From NCBI GenBank assembly GCA_950097015.1, contig CATNEN010000025.1, forward strand, positions 6,324,001-6,388,000: a DNA stretch of 64,000 nucleotides. The letters are read 5' to 3'. Position 1 is the stretch's first letter; every line of letters begins with the position of its first letter. The DNA comes from Macrostomum hystrix (lineage: Eukaryota > Animalia > Platyhelminthes). Under the pieces are notes generated by a model, which ran no database searches, was not told the DNA's origin, and saw only the letters and a program-made list of their open reading frames with translations. Below, in pieces: positions 49,201-62,330 of the stretch. The translations under genes were made by a program, and so were the position numbers.

Positions 49201-52200
49201 CCAGCTCGCCCTCAGCCTTGCGCAGGGCTTCCTTCTTTGGCGCCACGATCTTTGCCACCTTGTCATACTGGTCCATGGCGCGCACCCACTTGCACAGACC
49301 CTCGCAGGCGGTGGAAGCAACCGCGATTCTCTCCGGCACAAACTCGGGGTTTACGATGAATTTCTCGCGGATCACCTTCATGATCGGAGCTGGAATATCG
49401 TCTTTGTCAAAGTTCTGCAGGCTCTCAAGGAACTTCATGTCGCCCAGGATCTTCTTTGAGGGGCCCCAGTAGTCTTCGATCTTCTTGCCCGAACCGCTGG
49501 GATCTGGGATGCGGTCTGGCTTGATTCCCTTGAGCACACAGACGGACTCCATCACCAGCCTGACACCGGCTGGCGGCGATTTCATGCTCTTGACGATGGT
49601 GATGTCCTGCTGCGTCAGTGTCTTCAAAGCGGCCAGAGCAGCATTGAGAATGGGGATGGCCTCAGCCAGGTCGCTGTCGCACTCGTCCTTGATAGCCTGG
49701 GCAGCCTGCTTCTGCTCATTAGCCACAGCCTCGTCGGCCTTCACAACCTTCTCCTGCTTTGCTACCTCCTGGCTCTCCTTCTCCACCACAATCATGGTTT
49801 CGTCAACTTCTTTGCTGGCCTGCACGAGCTGGGGCTGCAGCGCGGTCAGGTTCTGCTGCATCACGCTGATTTCCTCGGCTGCCGACTGCAGCTTCTCAAG
49901 ACCGACCTCGTAGCGCCGTTTCTGCCTGTGGATTTCGGTTCGCTTCTCGTCAAGCAGCTGTTTGTATGTGTTAATGAGCTCCAGGTAGCTGGTAGGTGTC
50001 ACATAGTTGTGCCTGCCAAGCTCGGAACCGAAGCGCCCCGACAGTGAGATTGTGGACTGGTGGAAGTGCTTGCAGAACTTGATGCAGCCGGCACGCAGCT
50101 CGTCCGTGAGTTCGACATCCTCGAGGAATCGCGTTGCCACGGCAGTCAAAGCGTCCTCTGGCCAGGCCTGGAACCAGTCGATTGTGCAGCAGTTCACCAG
50201 AGACGGGAACTTGCGGAGCCGGTTCCTAAAGGCGTTGCCAATGGGGCTCATGGCCAGCACCACATGCAGTTGCTCCTGACAGCGCTGGATGAACAGGTTG
50301 AACAGTGACACGAGGCTGCCGTCCGTCTGCTTAGCCTTGTCCCTCTGCCTATCGATCTGGCGCATCTTCTCTGTAATCTCAGCCTTCTCATCTGAGGCAT
50401 AGAGGTTCGGAACCTCGCCAGCATTGAGCAAATTGTTAATGTCTTCTAAGAAAGACTCCTGTTTGATCTGAGTGTCTGAGAATAGGAACACGGCGTGATT
50501 GTCAGTCTCGGTAGCCTTACGAAGAATTCGTTTGAGGTCCTCACGCCACTCAGTGCTAGTGTAGGACTTGCTGATCTCGACTTGGAAGAGGTCGTAGTCT
50601 GCCATGTGCGCAGCGAGCCGAGTGAGCGACTGTCGACCAGAGCCGCCGACGCCGACCAACAAAGCATGGCTCCGCGGGTGCTTGAGGATACGCGAGATAC
50701 GCGACACGTGCTCGATGGCGAAACGGAAGAGCACAAGATTCATCGGCTTCTTGCTCATGTTGTTGAACTCCTCGAGGTGGCCCTCAACCACGACTCGCAA
50801 CTTCTCCATGTCGTTCACTTCGACGTAGTTTCCTTTGGCTGATTTGGGATCAGAGAAGTCACAGTAGATTAGCGAGCGCAGGTCGTCCTCTGTCACCTGG
50901 CCGTCTTCATCAAAGTCAAGATGTCCAAAGAGTTGATTAAACTCTTCTTTGAATTCCTTCTGTAGCACCTCCTTGAGATAGTCAAACAACCACTTGCGAT
51001 CGCCATCATCGACCAGACGGTCATAGTAGACCCGCATGACTTCATGCAGCCAGAGGCGCTTCAGATAGCCGGGCTCCTCGGTGGTGTCTGGCGTCGACAG
51101 CAGGACGCCCTGAATAACACGACTGAAGTCTCGCAAGTTGAACAGGTAATGGGACTTGGCTGGTGTTGGCAGGAGATTCTCCATAGCGCTCTTGTACACA
51201 GACAGAGTGCCGTTCACGATCTGCTCGATGCATGGCTGGAAGTCATGCGCAAAGCCCTTGGACTCCATGTGCCACTTCACAATGCTGCTGAAGATCGTGA
51301 TCATGGTCTCATCGTGGAACTCGTTGATCGTGACGGTGTTGAGATGACGCAGGAATCTCGGCGTGATGGCACTGCGACCTCCGCCAGGTGGGCCCATGGC
51401 GCCGATGAAGATCAGGTCGACAAGGTTGATTGTTGACGTGTCCTTCAGGTCGTACCAGTTCCAGTGGTCTAGCCACTGGCGCAGCAGCTCGATCGGCGGC
51501 TGGGCACCGTATGTCTCCTTGATGGGCATGTTCAGATCATCGACAAAAATCACCACTTTCTTGCCCATCGGCGGGCCGAAGACACCTTTGCGGCGTCGAT
51601 CCAGCTTTGACATGATGATGTTCTGCGTCATGTTTGCCGAAGTCTGGGCCGAGAAGTTCAGCGTGTTCGGCTTGTAAGTGTCCTTGTCTAGGACTGAGTA
51701 TAGGAAGTCAGAGATGTACGAAGACTTGCCGGTACCAGTGGGACCTACAAACAGGCAGGCCTTCTCGTGCGTCAATAGCAGCTTCATGATGTGCGTGTAT
51801 CGCACGGTGTCGACAGTCGGTACGATGATCTGGTTGAACTCAGCGTCCTTTGGAATTGGCGGCATGTCCTGCAACGCGGCAGCCCAGGGCTCCCACTTGC
51901 CGAAGCCTTCCTTCACGAACCGGTAGTCATAGACAGATCCCTTGTTCGGGAAGGGGCAGGAGTAGTCCTGCAGCGGCGGTGGTACCAGCTCAACCAGGGC
52001 AATCTTTGACCGCGTCTCCTCCAGCATGCCACCGTTCACCAGCTCCCTGGTTAGCTTGTCAAATCGGCGGCGACCATTTTCGTCTGTGGATGCCCCAACA
52101 GACCAGACGTAGGCAAATAGGAAGATCCCCTCAAGCCAGGCTCGCACCTGGCGCTGGTCCATCTGGTTAACCTTGGCCTCATCTTGGAACTCGTCCAGCT

Positions 52201-55200
52201 GGCAGTCGATGAGGTTCATTAGCGACTTGACTAGGTTGATGTCTGACGTTTTTGACAGCTCTTTGCCGCCGCCTTTGCGCACCATCGCGATGCCAGCGTC
52301 AATGAAGCGCTCGAACATCTCGTCCAGGCCCTCCTTGTGCTCCTTCTTGAGGAACTTTGTTGTGTTCTTCACATAGTTGGGCTCCTTCATTGGATCGTCA
52401 GGCGCGTCTGAAGCGTTGTACAGCCAGGATCGGACGATCGGGCGCCAGCCCAGACTGGCCGGCTCCATGTAGATCATGCCGCAGCGGCTCACAGTGGCGG
52501 GACTGGCCGCCTCCAGGTCCATGGGCTCGAAGATCAGGTTGGTTGTCGGCGCCAGCTGGATGATCTCACCGCTCATCAAGCAAAGCTTCTTATTGTCATC
52601 CAGCACAGTGTTCATGTTCTCAATCCACACGGCGTCGACTGGGCCGTCGAAGATCAGCCACTTGCGATCGGGCGTAGTCGATGTGGCGAAGGCGCGGTAG
52701 GACACGGCCAGGATGCCGTCGGACCATTCGTGCGACACTGGGTCAAACTGGCCATACAGTTGGCCCATGGTAATGGCCTTCGGGTTGAGCACAGTGTACT
52801 GGGCTCGATTCTCCTCCATCTGCTCACGATCGTGCAGATCGCCAAGAGCCTTGGCCAACACCTGCAATTAAGAAATCATAGATGAGTGTTTTTAAGATAG
52901 TCGATTCCAGGGAAATATCGGAATGCTATCTGATCGATTCGCTAAAACCCTTACCCTGTAGGCTGAAGTCTTTCCACCGAACGGCTCTCCGACAATCATG
53001 AAGCCGTGGCGCACAATCATCATCTCGTAAATCTGCTGAATCTTCTCCAGGAAGAACGGCGTGCACTGCAGATTCATCTTCTCGCAGTTCTCCTTCACTG
53101 CAATGTTGAACAGGTCGTAGTCCGGGGTCGGCCTCTGCACTCCAGGAAACAAGTCGGACGCGATGCCTTCAAACAGAGGCAGGTCGTGGTTCAGGAACTT
53201 CGGCAGGTTGACATCGATGATGGAGCGTAGCATGAGGATGTCCTCGTCCTCATCCGGATACTTTAGCTTCAGATTTCCGGCGGCAGTCAGCACGGACTTC
53301 ACGGCTCGCATGCCGTAGTCGTAGTGAGGCTGCGAGGACAGCTGCTCAGAGCAGAGTCGGTAGGTGGCCACAATCTTTACACTGAGCGGCCTGGCGTGTA
53401 TGAAGCCGCAGGAGTAGAGCGAGATCTCGGAGATCAGCGCATAGTCAGGCACCATCATGGCCACTGAGCGGAACAGAGCCTTTAGGTTGTCCGGCAGCTC
53501 GGACCGGCCGGCGTAGCTGCGGATGGGATGTTAGATTTTTCTCCCAATAACAAACAAAACAACAACAAAATTAGTAAATTCGTTTTCGTTAAAGTCACGA
53601 TCGCTTACCCGGGGTTCATTGTGATGAACACAGCGCATGTAGGATCCAGCTTAATCTGGGTGCCTTCGAACTCTAGAGTATCTGCAGCAGCGTTGACGGC
53701 CTTCTGAATAGTGAGGATCTGCTGGGCCACCACGGACAGCACCTCGAGGTCGATGCGGTTGAACTCGTCGAAGCAGGACCAGGCACCGCAGGAGGCCAGT
53801 CCCTTGAAGAACTTGCCCAGGGCTAGGTAGTCCAGACCATCTGAGCAGTTGAACACCACGCACTGCTTGGCCACAGCCTTGGCCAGATCCTTAGTCGTCT
53901 CTGTCTTGCCTGTTCCGGCTGGACCTTCGGGGGCGCCGCCAAGGTGAAGATGCAGCGCGCCAAACAGGGTGCGATAGCAGCGGTCAGTGAGTGGTGTGAT
54001 AACCAGGCGACCGCTGTTGCCGAGGTACTCATAGCCGTACCTGAGCATGGAGTTGATCATTCGCGTCAGCAAGTTGTCATCTGTCCAATAGTAGCGCAGC
54101 TGGCTCAACCAGTTAAAGTCGTTCTCTTCGCGCACCTTCAGCTGAATGAGGTTCGCTAACACGTCCCTGGCGTGAACGTCCAGCACAATGAGCGCCTGCA
54201 GTGTAGTGCGATTCTGCTTGGACAGCTTGCCGCGCACAAGTGTCACAATCTCGTCTATCTGGCTGTTGTTTTGCTTCAGGTAGGCGTCCATGGCATCCGG
54301 TCCCTCGCGCAGCGAACGGTGCACGTTAGTCGTCCAGAACAGGCAGTCAATGGCCAGCACGGCCTGTCCGGGCCAGGCTCGGACCCACTGAGCCCGTGGC
54401 GTCTTGTCATAGTCCTCCATGGCCATCTTCGTGGCCATGCGCACGGACTGGATCATGTCGCCTTCAAGCTCCAGCAGCCACTTCTCCACTTGGCCACGAG
54501 CCTTAGCCGTTGAAATGACTTCCTTGAGCTGCACAACCTCGCCTTCAGAGCTCTTCATGTGAGTGATATCCAGTACATCGGTAAACTCCAGGCTGGCAAT
54601 GCCCTCAAAGCACTTCTTCAGATGAGGCTGTACTCTGGTCGGGTCCTTTGTCTCAGACAGGATCTCCAGCAGCTCGTCGTTGGACAGGAAGAAGAAGCGC
54701 GGGAAGTACAGTCGCTTCTTTTCCAGATAGTCGTTCAGGCCCTTCTGGATCAGCTCCAGCAGCTCGTTCGACTTGCGAAGCTTCTCCAGCAGCTTGTCAA
54801 TCAAGATGACCTGCATGACTCGCTTGTCAGTGATTGCTGCCTTCATGATCTCGCGCCAGTTCTTGTCTACCGTGGTGAACCGGCGGCCCTCTTCTGGCAT
54901 CTGGGCCATGATGTCTGGTGAGCTGAAGATGGGCTCCAGGTAGAGCCACGTAGCCTGCACTTTGAGCCATTCGTCCAGCACATCCTGCAGCAGGATCAGC
55001 TTGTGCTCCCAGTCCTTGATCTCGTTCTCAAATGGCTTGATAAAAGGCGAGCCTCGCATTGTCTGCGTCTTGACAATGTGATCGTCGAGTAGAAGCTGAA
55101 TGTCGTCAATTGACGACAGAATGTGTGTACCACTCTCGCGGTAGGGAATGATGTTAAATTCGATGCTCTCCCACTCGCTTTTCATCTTGTTCATTGTCTT

Positions 55201-58200
55201 CTCCAGGTTGTGCTCCTTCGTGGCCGCCTCTGAGATGCTCTCAAACTTTTGTACGTATGGCTCCAGATTCATGTCGATCAGCTTGGAGAGGCACATCTCC
55301 TCGTCTGGCTGCAGCGGGTAGCCGACAATGTCGGAGATATGCTTCCAGTGGCGCTCCCTCAGGCCCGGGTTGAACAGGCATGAGATTAGCGGCAGGTGCT
55401 CCTTGAACTCCTCGACCTTCTCCTTGATCTTGCCGGCAATCTTCTTTGCAGCCGGCACGTCATCGAACGTCTTCTCCAGCTTGTATAGCAGGCGCCAAAG
55501 TCCGTTAACGTCCTCGACAACTACATCGGGAACGACGTTGGCCATCGGGCCGTCCATCCATTCCTTGTACTTGCGGTGGAAGTCTACAGTCTGCTCATAC
55601 AGTTGCTTGTAAGGCCGCAGTGTGGCCAAGACCTGCTGCCGCTGCGGATAAGGCGTGGCCGGCCAGCCGAACGCCTCCTCTTCATTGTTGAGGGCCTCAA
55701 CCTTGTCGGCGGCCGCCTCCAGGTTACTGTTCAACTTCTGCGCCTTGGAAAGATAGCGTGGAACTTCGCTCATGTCGCCGAATTGCTGGAACTCCTCAAC
55801 GCGTTTTGCATAGCCTTCAAGCTCCTGCAGGAACTGCTCCTTCTTGAACTTGAGGTTGTCCTGGAACTGGTCGCGCTTCTCGTTGAAGTTGTGCCGATGC
55901 TCCTCGAATATGTTCGGCATGCGCGTCTCCCAGGTGAAAACCTCCGCGTTCAGCTCCATGTCGTGATTGGTGAAGGAAGTCTGCTCGACAAGGAAGACTA
56001 GCCGATCGCGGCTCTGCTCCAGGCGGTTCCGAAGAGTCAGCATCGTCTCGTTCTCAACCTTTTCAACGAAGGCGCGCAGCTCCATCAGCTGCTCGGTGTT
56101 TGAGGGGAGTGTCAGCGCCTTCTCGGCGATGTTTTTGTAGTCGTTTATAAGCTCCTGATTGCCTGATCGGTGGTTGTCCATCATGCGGGTGAGGATGCGC
56201 TCGCAGATGGCCTCTGTACGCTTGGTGAGCGCGCGGATGAGGTCGTCGCAGTGGATCTGGAACATGCCCAGGCGCAGGCTGCGCACCGATTTGAACTGAA
56301 TCTGCTCGGCGATCTGCTTGAACTTCTTAAGCTCGCGAGCATACTCGTCGAATGTGTGCTCCTCCTGCAGGAAGATGTCAATATCCTGCTCGGCCTGCTT
56401 GGACACAATCAGGGTGTACTTCTCAAACTGTTTCAGGTGCTTCAGCGGGCCCTCGCCCTCATTCTTCACCACCTCGGAGACTTTGCTCTTGTGGGCAGCC
56501 AGGATCTCTGGCAGAATGCACGGCTTCAGCAGCGACTCGCCTTCGTAGGTCGAGTACAGCTTGGTCTCGATGCGCGGGATAGCGCCAATCACCTTCAGCA
56601 TCACGTCGTAGATGTTCAGGAAGACGGTTTCGAAGTCGTCAAAGTTAGGCTCGAACTTGATGCGATCGTCGTCAAGGACGAAGCGCAAAATGAAGCCCGA
56701 GTGCTCGTAGGCACGCACGGATGTCTGCAATTCGAAGCATCATGTATTACCGCTAAACTGGCAATGTTAGCCCCTCTTTGGGGAGCTCAGGCGATTCATT
56801 GGAAATTCCTCATGGTTTTTTAAAGCTTACTTTATCTGTAGTGTAGTGTTATAAACCCTACCAAGTGCATTGGGAGGAAAATTGAAGAAATATATTTTAA
56901 CCTTAATTTGAAATTTATCCGCCTTGAGTTGAAACATTTCCAAATCTGACCAACTATTAAAAAATAGTGAGAAAATGAGAAAAAAACGGCCAATCATTCA
57001 CCAGATTGGTAAAACATTCACCCAGTCAGCAAATTGTCCCGATTAAGTTGACAAATTCCCTCAAGCTAGTAAATTACCCCTCCTAGATAGAAAATAATCA
57101 TCCAGGTAGCTAGTTATCCCACAGTAAGCGAATTATCACCCAGGTTACAAATTATCACCCTGGTAGCATAATCAAATAAGGTCAGCCTCCTAAGAATGCG
57201 TTTCATTTTTCATTGGCGCGTTTCGATGTGCTAATTATCACCCAGGTAGCTAATTATCACCCAGGTAGCTAATTATCACCCAGGTAGCTAATTATCACCC
57301 AGGTAGCTAATTATCACCCAGGTAGCTAATTATCACCCAGGTAGCTAATTATCACCCAGGTAGCTAATTATCACCCAGGTAGCTAATTATCATCCAGGTA
57401 GCTAATTATCACCCAGGTAGCTAATTATCACCCAGGTAGCTAATTATCACCCAGGTAGCTAATTATCACCCAAGGTAGATAAATACCACCCAGGTAGCTA
57501 ATTATCACCCAGGTAGCTAATTATCACCCAGGTAGCTAATTATCACCCAGGTAGCTAATTATCACCCAAGGTAGATAAATACCACCCAGGTAGCTAATTA
57601 TCACCCAGGTAGCTAATTATCACCCAGGTAGCTAATTATCACCCAGGTAGCTAAATACCACCCAGGTAGCTAATTATCACCCAAGGTAGCTAATTATCAC
57701 CCAAAGTAGCTAAATACCACCCAGGTAGCTAAATACCACCCAGGTAGCTAATTGCCACCCAGGTAGCTAAATACCACCCAGGTAGCTAATTATCACCCAG
57801 GTAGCTAATTATCACCCAGGTAGCTAATTATCACCCAGGTAGCTAATTGCCACCCAGGTAGCTAAATACCACCCAGGTAGCTAATTATCACCCAGGTAGC
57901 TAATTATCACCCAGGTAGCTAATTATCACCCAGGTAGCTGAATACCACCCAGGTAGCTGAATACCACCCAGGTAGCTAAATACCACCCAGGTAGCTAAAT
58001 ACCACCCAGGTAGCAAGTTATCAACTCGAGCTGACGAATTAACCGAAAGTTTGTAATTGGCAGCTCCTAATACGCTTCAACGAGCGTATAAAATTGCAAC
58101 GATTGGAAACTGAAACGCTTTTCCAAAGCCAGCTAGCCAGAGCCGCAGACTTACCGGCGGCTGCACCAGCAGGTCTGTGTAGTCGTCCATGGAGAGCAGG

Positions 58201-60828
58201 CCGAGGCTCTGCAGCTGGGTGGTCATGAGGTTGGCGGCGCAGTTATAGAAGGCGGCCAGCTGATCGGCTTCGTGCTCGCTGGGAATAAGCTTCTGCTTGT
58301 GGCCCTTGTAGAAAATGTGCTGAATCTCTGATAGCCACCTGAGAGTATTTGTTATAATGACGAGGTTAAAAACAATAGAATAATATTTGCAGGAGGGCTG
58401 CGGGCAATGGCACATCATTTGGTGACACTAGACCAACAGCCAGCTAGAAGGCGATTCTGCCCATTCCGCTGACTCCTAAGCACACACACACAGATACTGT
58501 ACGCAGGCACACTCTCTACCATGCCCTGACTTTCTCATCGTCAGGCAGTGTCAACTTTCACTTTGCCTTGGAAGGTTGGCCCTCAATACTAATAATAACA
58601 ATAATTATAAGTGAGCTTTGAGTACTGGCGAATAACGCGTTAACCGCTCTGCCACCGACTCCCAAATGGCGAGGATTTCAAATCGTTAATTACACGTTCA
58701 GGAGATGAATTGAACGCTCGGCACTCACCGTTTGATCAGCTTGTCTCTGGCTGCATCAATGTGCTTCATGCAGCAGGTTTGGAACTCCTTCAGCTCCAGT
58801 GGCTCCAGTTTCGTTTGAAACTCGTGAATGTCCACCAGTCGAAGTTGACTGAAAAAGCATTATTTTCTTTGTTACAATGAGCCACAAGTTCGATTACAGC
58901 ACGCTATAATTCTGTTCTTCAATTTGTTGGCCTCCAGAGTGTAACTCGAAGCGAATAAAATCTAGGAAAATCGAGGCGGAAGAAAATTGCAATTTTTTCC
59001 ATGAAAAGCTGGAAGAGAAGCAAATAAGTAAGCAAAATCAAAGAAGTTCAGCCTCCTAAGAATGCGTTTTACCGTGCATTGGCGGGGTTCGATGTGCTAA
59101 AAAGTTGCTAATTGAGCAAAGTGCCGCATGAAAAATGTGTCTGAAGTTGGGTCGAGTTTACCTTAGAGCCTTGGATGGGTCTGCTGATGCAGCGGTCACT
59201 TGACCGTCTGGCTCAGAACTGAGATTTAATTACAAAATTGAATTGTTAATAATTTGCTTCTCTTAAGTTAGACTGCTTGGTGCAACAACACATTGGACAG
59301 CTACGTTATATTTGGTGGCCCATTGTTAGACTTTGACAAACGGTTAGGTTTATGCTATCTTCAGTTGTGATTTATGGTGCAGACTCACGTGAATGTCTTG
59401 TGCCAGAGCTCCAGCACCTGGTTAATGCACGGGTTTGTGATGTGCAGACTGCGGTCAATTTGGCGCCGGCACGCGTAGAATCCCTTCTCCCAGGGCTTGG
59501 GCACCACGGCCACCTCTTGCCGGTGCTCCGGCAGCTCCTCCGGCTCCTCCTCCTTCTCGCGCGGCTCCTTCAGCACAAAGTCCACGATCGCCTTCTTCAC
59601 GCTGAGCAGGTAGTCCTCCTTGATTTCGTCTTCTAGGTCCTCCAGCAGCACGGTGTGATTGCCGCGCTGTGCCTTGCCGACGAAGGACATGATATTGCCC
59701 ATCCAGGCGTCCTCCATCGGAGCGACGTGTTCCGTGTCGATGCCGTGATGGATGTAGTAGTAGTACCTCTGGGTGGATATTGTGGTGCGTCTGTTTTGTT
59801 AAGCCCATTTTAATTCATTTTAATGAATCCATTTGAATCCATTTGAATCCATTTGAATCCATTTGAATCCATTTCGCAGCCTTACCAGTACATCTTTCTC
59901 GGCCCCTGTGAGGCCGAAGTTTTTCTGCTGCTGCTCGAGCCCGACGACTTTGTCGCCCTCCAGGGACTCGTTGAACGGCTTGTCTTCGCCTTGCCTGCTC
60001 GCACGGTTTGAAAGAGGACGGAGATGATTGGTAAAGCGAAAATTACATTCATTTTTGTTGCTCATTCAGCTACTCAAAGTAGAAAATTGTAAAGTGCTCC
60101 ACTCACAGAATGATATCGACGAGAGCCTTGCGGAACTTTTCCCGATCCTTCTTGATCTTGGTCCTCTGCGCGTTGGCCTGTTCAACTTTCTTTGCTTTCT
60201 TGCTGTCCTCTGCGTTAATATTATTTTATCAATATTTTAGTGTGGAACATTTTCATTTGAAAAAAATGAATAAGAAAGTCGAGATAATGCGTACTACATA
60301 CAATGCGCTGAATAACCGTGAAAGTATGCACACCTATCTCGTAATCATAAATTCCCTAGCAAACAAACAAGGTGCCGACGCTTGTGAATTAAAATCGTAA
60401 ACCTTAAATTGACCGAAACATGCCAAAACACAATTGGTGCTTTATCTAACTAAATGATTTGTAATTGAGCCGCGATTGACCGCAAAATATCAGAGAAGTA
60501 AATCCTAAAACAATATCTGCATCTTACACCATAGGCTGCAAATCGAAATTTCTTTTAATTCACTGAAATAAAATAAATACTGTCTGATTTCGTATTTCCC
60601 AATAAATTGTAGAAAATCGAATCAGAAGCTTGCAAACTTACTGGCAGTCAGCTCGAAGACCAGATCGAAATTGTCCTCTTCCTCCTTGGCCGCGCCACCG
60701 CTCTTCAGCACAAACGCCGGCTGGTTGGCGCTCCAGGACGGCTTGGAGCGAGTGTCCGGCATGGCTGGCAGCATGTTCCGCACATCGTTTGTCCCCTTGC
60801 CTTTGTTAGCCTGGACAGCCTGGGCCAT
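43233..60828 (-). CDS. DNAH7: Axonemal inner-arm dynein heavy chain 7, about 4008 aa
   Basis: There are 14 exons: 60828-60642, 60209-60107, 59994-59886, 59768-59389, 58848-58729, 58338-58155, 56724-53609, 53516-52955, 52861-46607, 46507-46370, 44666-44283, 44191-44014, 43942-43839 and 43439-43233 (12027 nt, all GT-AG, phases consistent). P-loops are [24 protein letters not shown] and GVGGSGRQS. The N-terminal [25 protein letters not shown] is DNAH7-type. Confidence 0.95.
43498..43790 (+). mobile_element. SINE family A copy in DNAH7 intron 13
   Basis: GAGAGCGGTTAACGCGTTTGCCTCTCGCACC...GCTCGATTCCGCGGCGAGGCC...CTGACGATGAGAAAGTCAG...TTGCCCGCAGCCCTCCTG. Confidence 0.85.
45215..45430 (+). mobile_element. 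tRNA-derived SINE family B with a CORE-like domain
   Basis: B-box GGTTCGATTC followed by TGTGTCCTTTAGCAAGACACTTAA...CACCCAGCTGTTAAATGGGTACC, which resembles the CORE-SINE central domain. Confidence 0.6.
57232..58013. repeat. 19-bp minisatellite (CCCAGGTAGCTAATTATCA), about 41 copies, in DNAH7 intron 6
   Basis: Direct tandem repeat, with degenerate older units at about 57000-57175. Confidence 0.97.
58385..58665 (-). mobile_element. SINE family A copy in DNAH7 intron 5 (internally rearranged)
   Basis: The reverse complement carries GGTGGCAGAGCGGTTAACGCG, GAGGGCCAACCTTCCAAGGC, CTGCCTGACGATGAGAAAGTCAGGGCA and the family 3' end. Confidence 0.8.
59825..59874. repeat. 10-bp tandem repeat (GAATCCATTT) x5 in DNAH7 intron 3
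   Basis: Five exact copies inside a 117-nt intron. Confidence 0.95.
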
Positions 60829-62330
60829 GCTGCTTATTGTTTTGGCTTAATAACTTTTTCTTCAATAGACGCCACTAAGTGGTATCTGAAAGTCAGGATT
60901 TTTTCTTGCATGAATTGCCAATTTAATCAAAATTATTATAATTCATTAGCCATAAGCCTTGTTTTAATATAAATTTACTGTTTCAGACCAATGCATAATC
61001 TATATGATGCATAATTTAAGTCAATAATTTTTTTTGTAAAATATAAAGATTAACTAATTTTTATACACTTTCAAAAGACAACTACCATATAAGATACTGC
61101 CCCTTGGCTAATGCTTACATCCATATTTATTTTTGTGAAATTAAAAGCTTAGCTGATATACTATTTGATTACCCCCTTTCAACTCATTTAGTTATACTAA
61201 AATTCAGAGTAAAAGTCAAACTTTCTAAATTTATATATTCAAGTATACAATCCATCACTAATAGTTATGTTGTTAATTTCTACTTAAATCCACTTCAAAG
61301 TGATAATTACTGCTTTTAATTTCCTGTCTCTTGCAAATGCATGAAAAATGACATGCTTTTGCTTGCTTTGATATATTCTATGTGTTAAATACATTACCGG
61401 TCTATTCTTACATAATGACACTTTTATTGTGAAGTTGCAACAAAAAATACCGAAAGACTTTATAAATATACTGGATTTTATCACTTGCTGAGAAGAGTCA
61501 AAAGCTTAGAAATCTAATAAAATATACCGAAGATACTATAAAGGTTTACTTCTATGACAGGTTTTTGTTTCGTTATGAATACTTAAGTAATTAAAACTTC
61601 AAGCAAACATGTTCGAGTCGTTTTTTAAACATACTAATTTAACATTTCGAAAGGCTTTCAAAAAGACAGTGTTGCACTTGTCAACCAATTGCTATTATTA
61701 AAAAACCAATGCTGCTATAATTTAGTATTTAATTTATTAACTAGTTTTCAGATATGTATAGTTTTGTATTAAAATAAAATTTTTATTTGATCCGCTTTAT
61801 TTTATTTGTTTTATTGCTTTATTTCAACTAATTACGGATTGGATATTTTACATATTTACAAATATTAGTATTGTAGTGTAACATTAACCAGAAATAATAA
61901 TAAACTAAGTAAGCTAGGGTTTTCAATAAAGTTTTGCTTCAGTTTAGTTGCTGTGATACTAAAGCACATATAATTTTTATGTACGAGTTTGTAGAAAAAG
62001 AGCTGAAACGCTAAAAGCACTTTTAAACAAAAAAACTGCTACACTTTTTTGGATAGATCAGAGAAGTGTATGGTTTACTCAGCGGCTTTCATTTTCGCTC
62101 CGATCAATCCAACTCTTATGTTTCGGAAGCCGCAAATTCGCAAATGAATATACCTCGCATATAACGCGCCGTAAATAAAGTTCTTTTTTTAATCAGAGTT
62201 ACAACATTTTAACAGCTATGTGATTAAGTCAGTCTTACTCAGCTTTTATTTTTACGATCTGTCAGCTTTTTACTCAAAAGGCGATCCATTTACATCGATA
62301 TGTGACTGAAATTACCAACTGCAGCTACAT

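Noticed and set aside
46559-56823. Many + strand and off-frame ORFs overlapping DNAH7 and SIRT1 exons
   Set aside because: They are shadow ORFs expected from GC-rich codon usage of real exons and have no recognisable motifs.
1122-58013. Regular arrays as CRISPR loci
   Set aside because: The repeats are contiguous with no unique spacers, there are no cas genes, and the context is eukaryotic.
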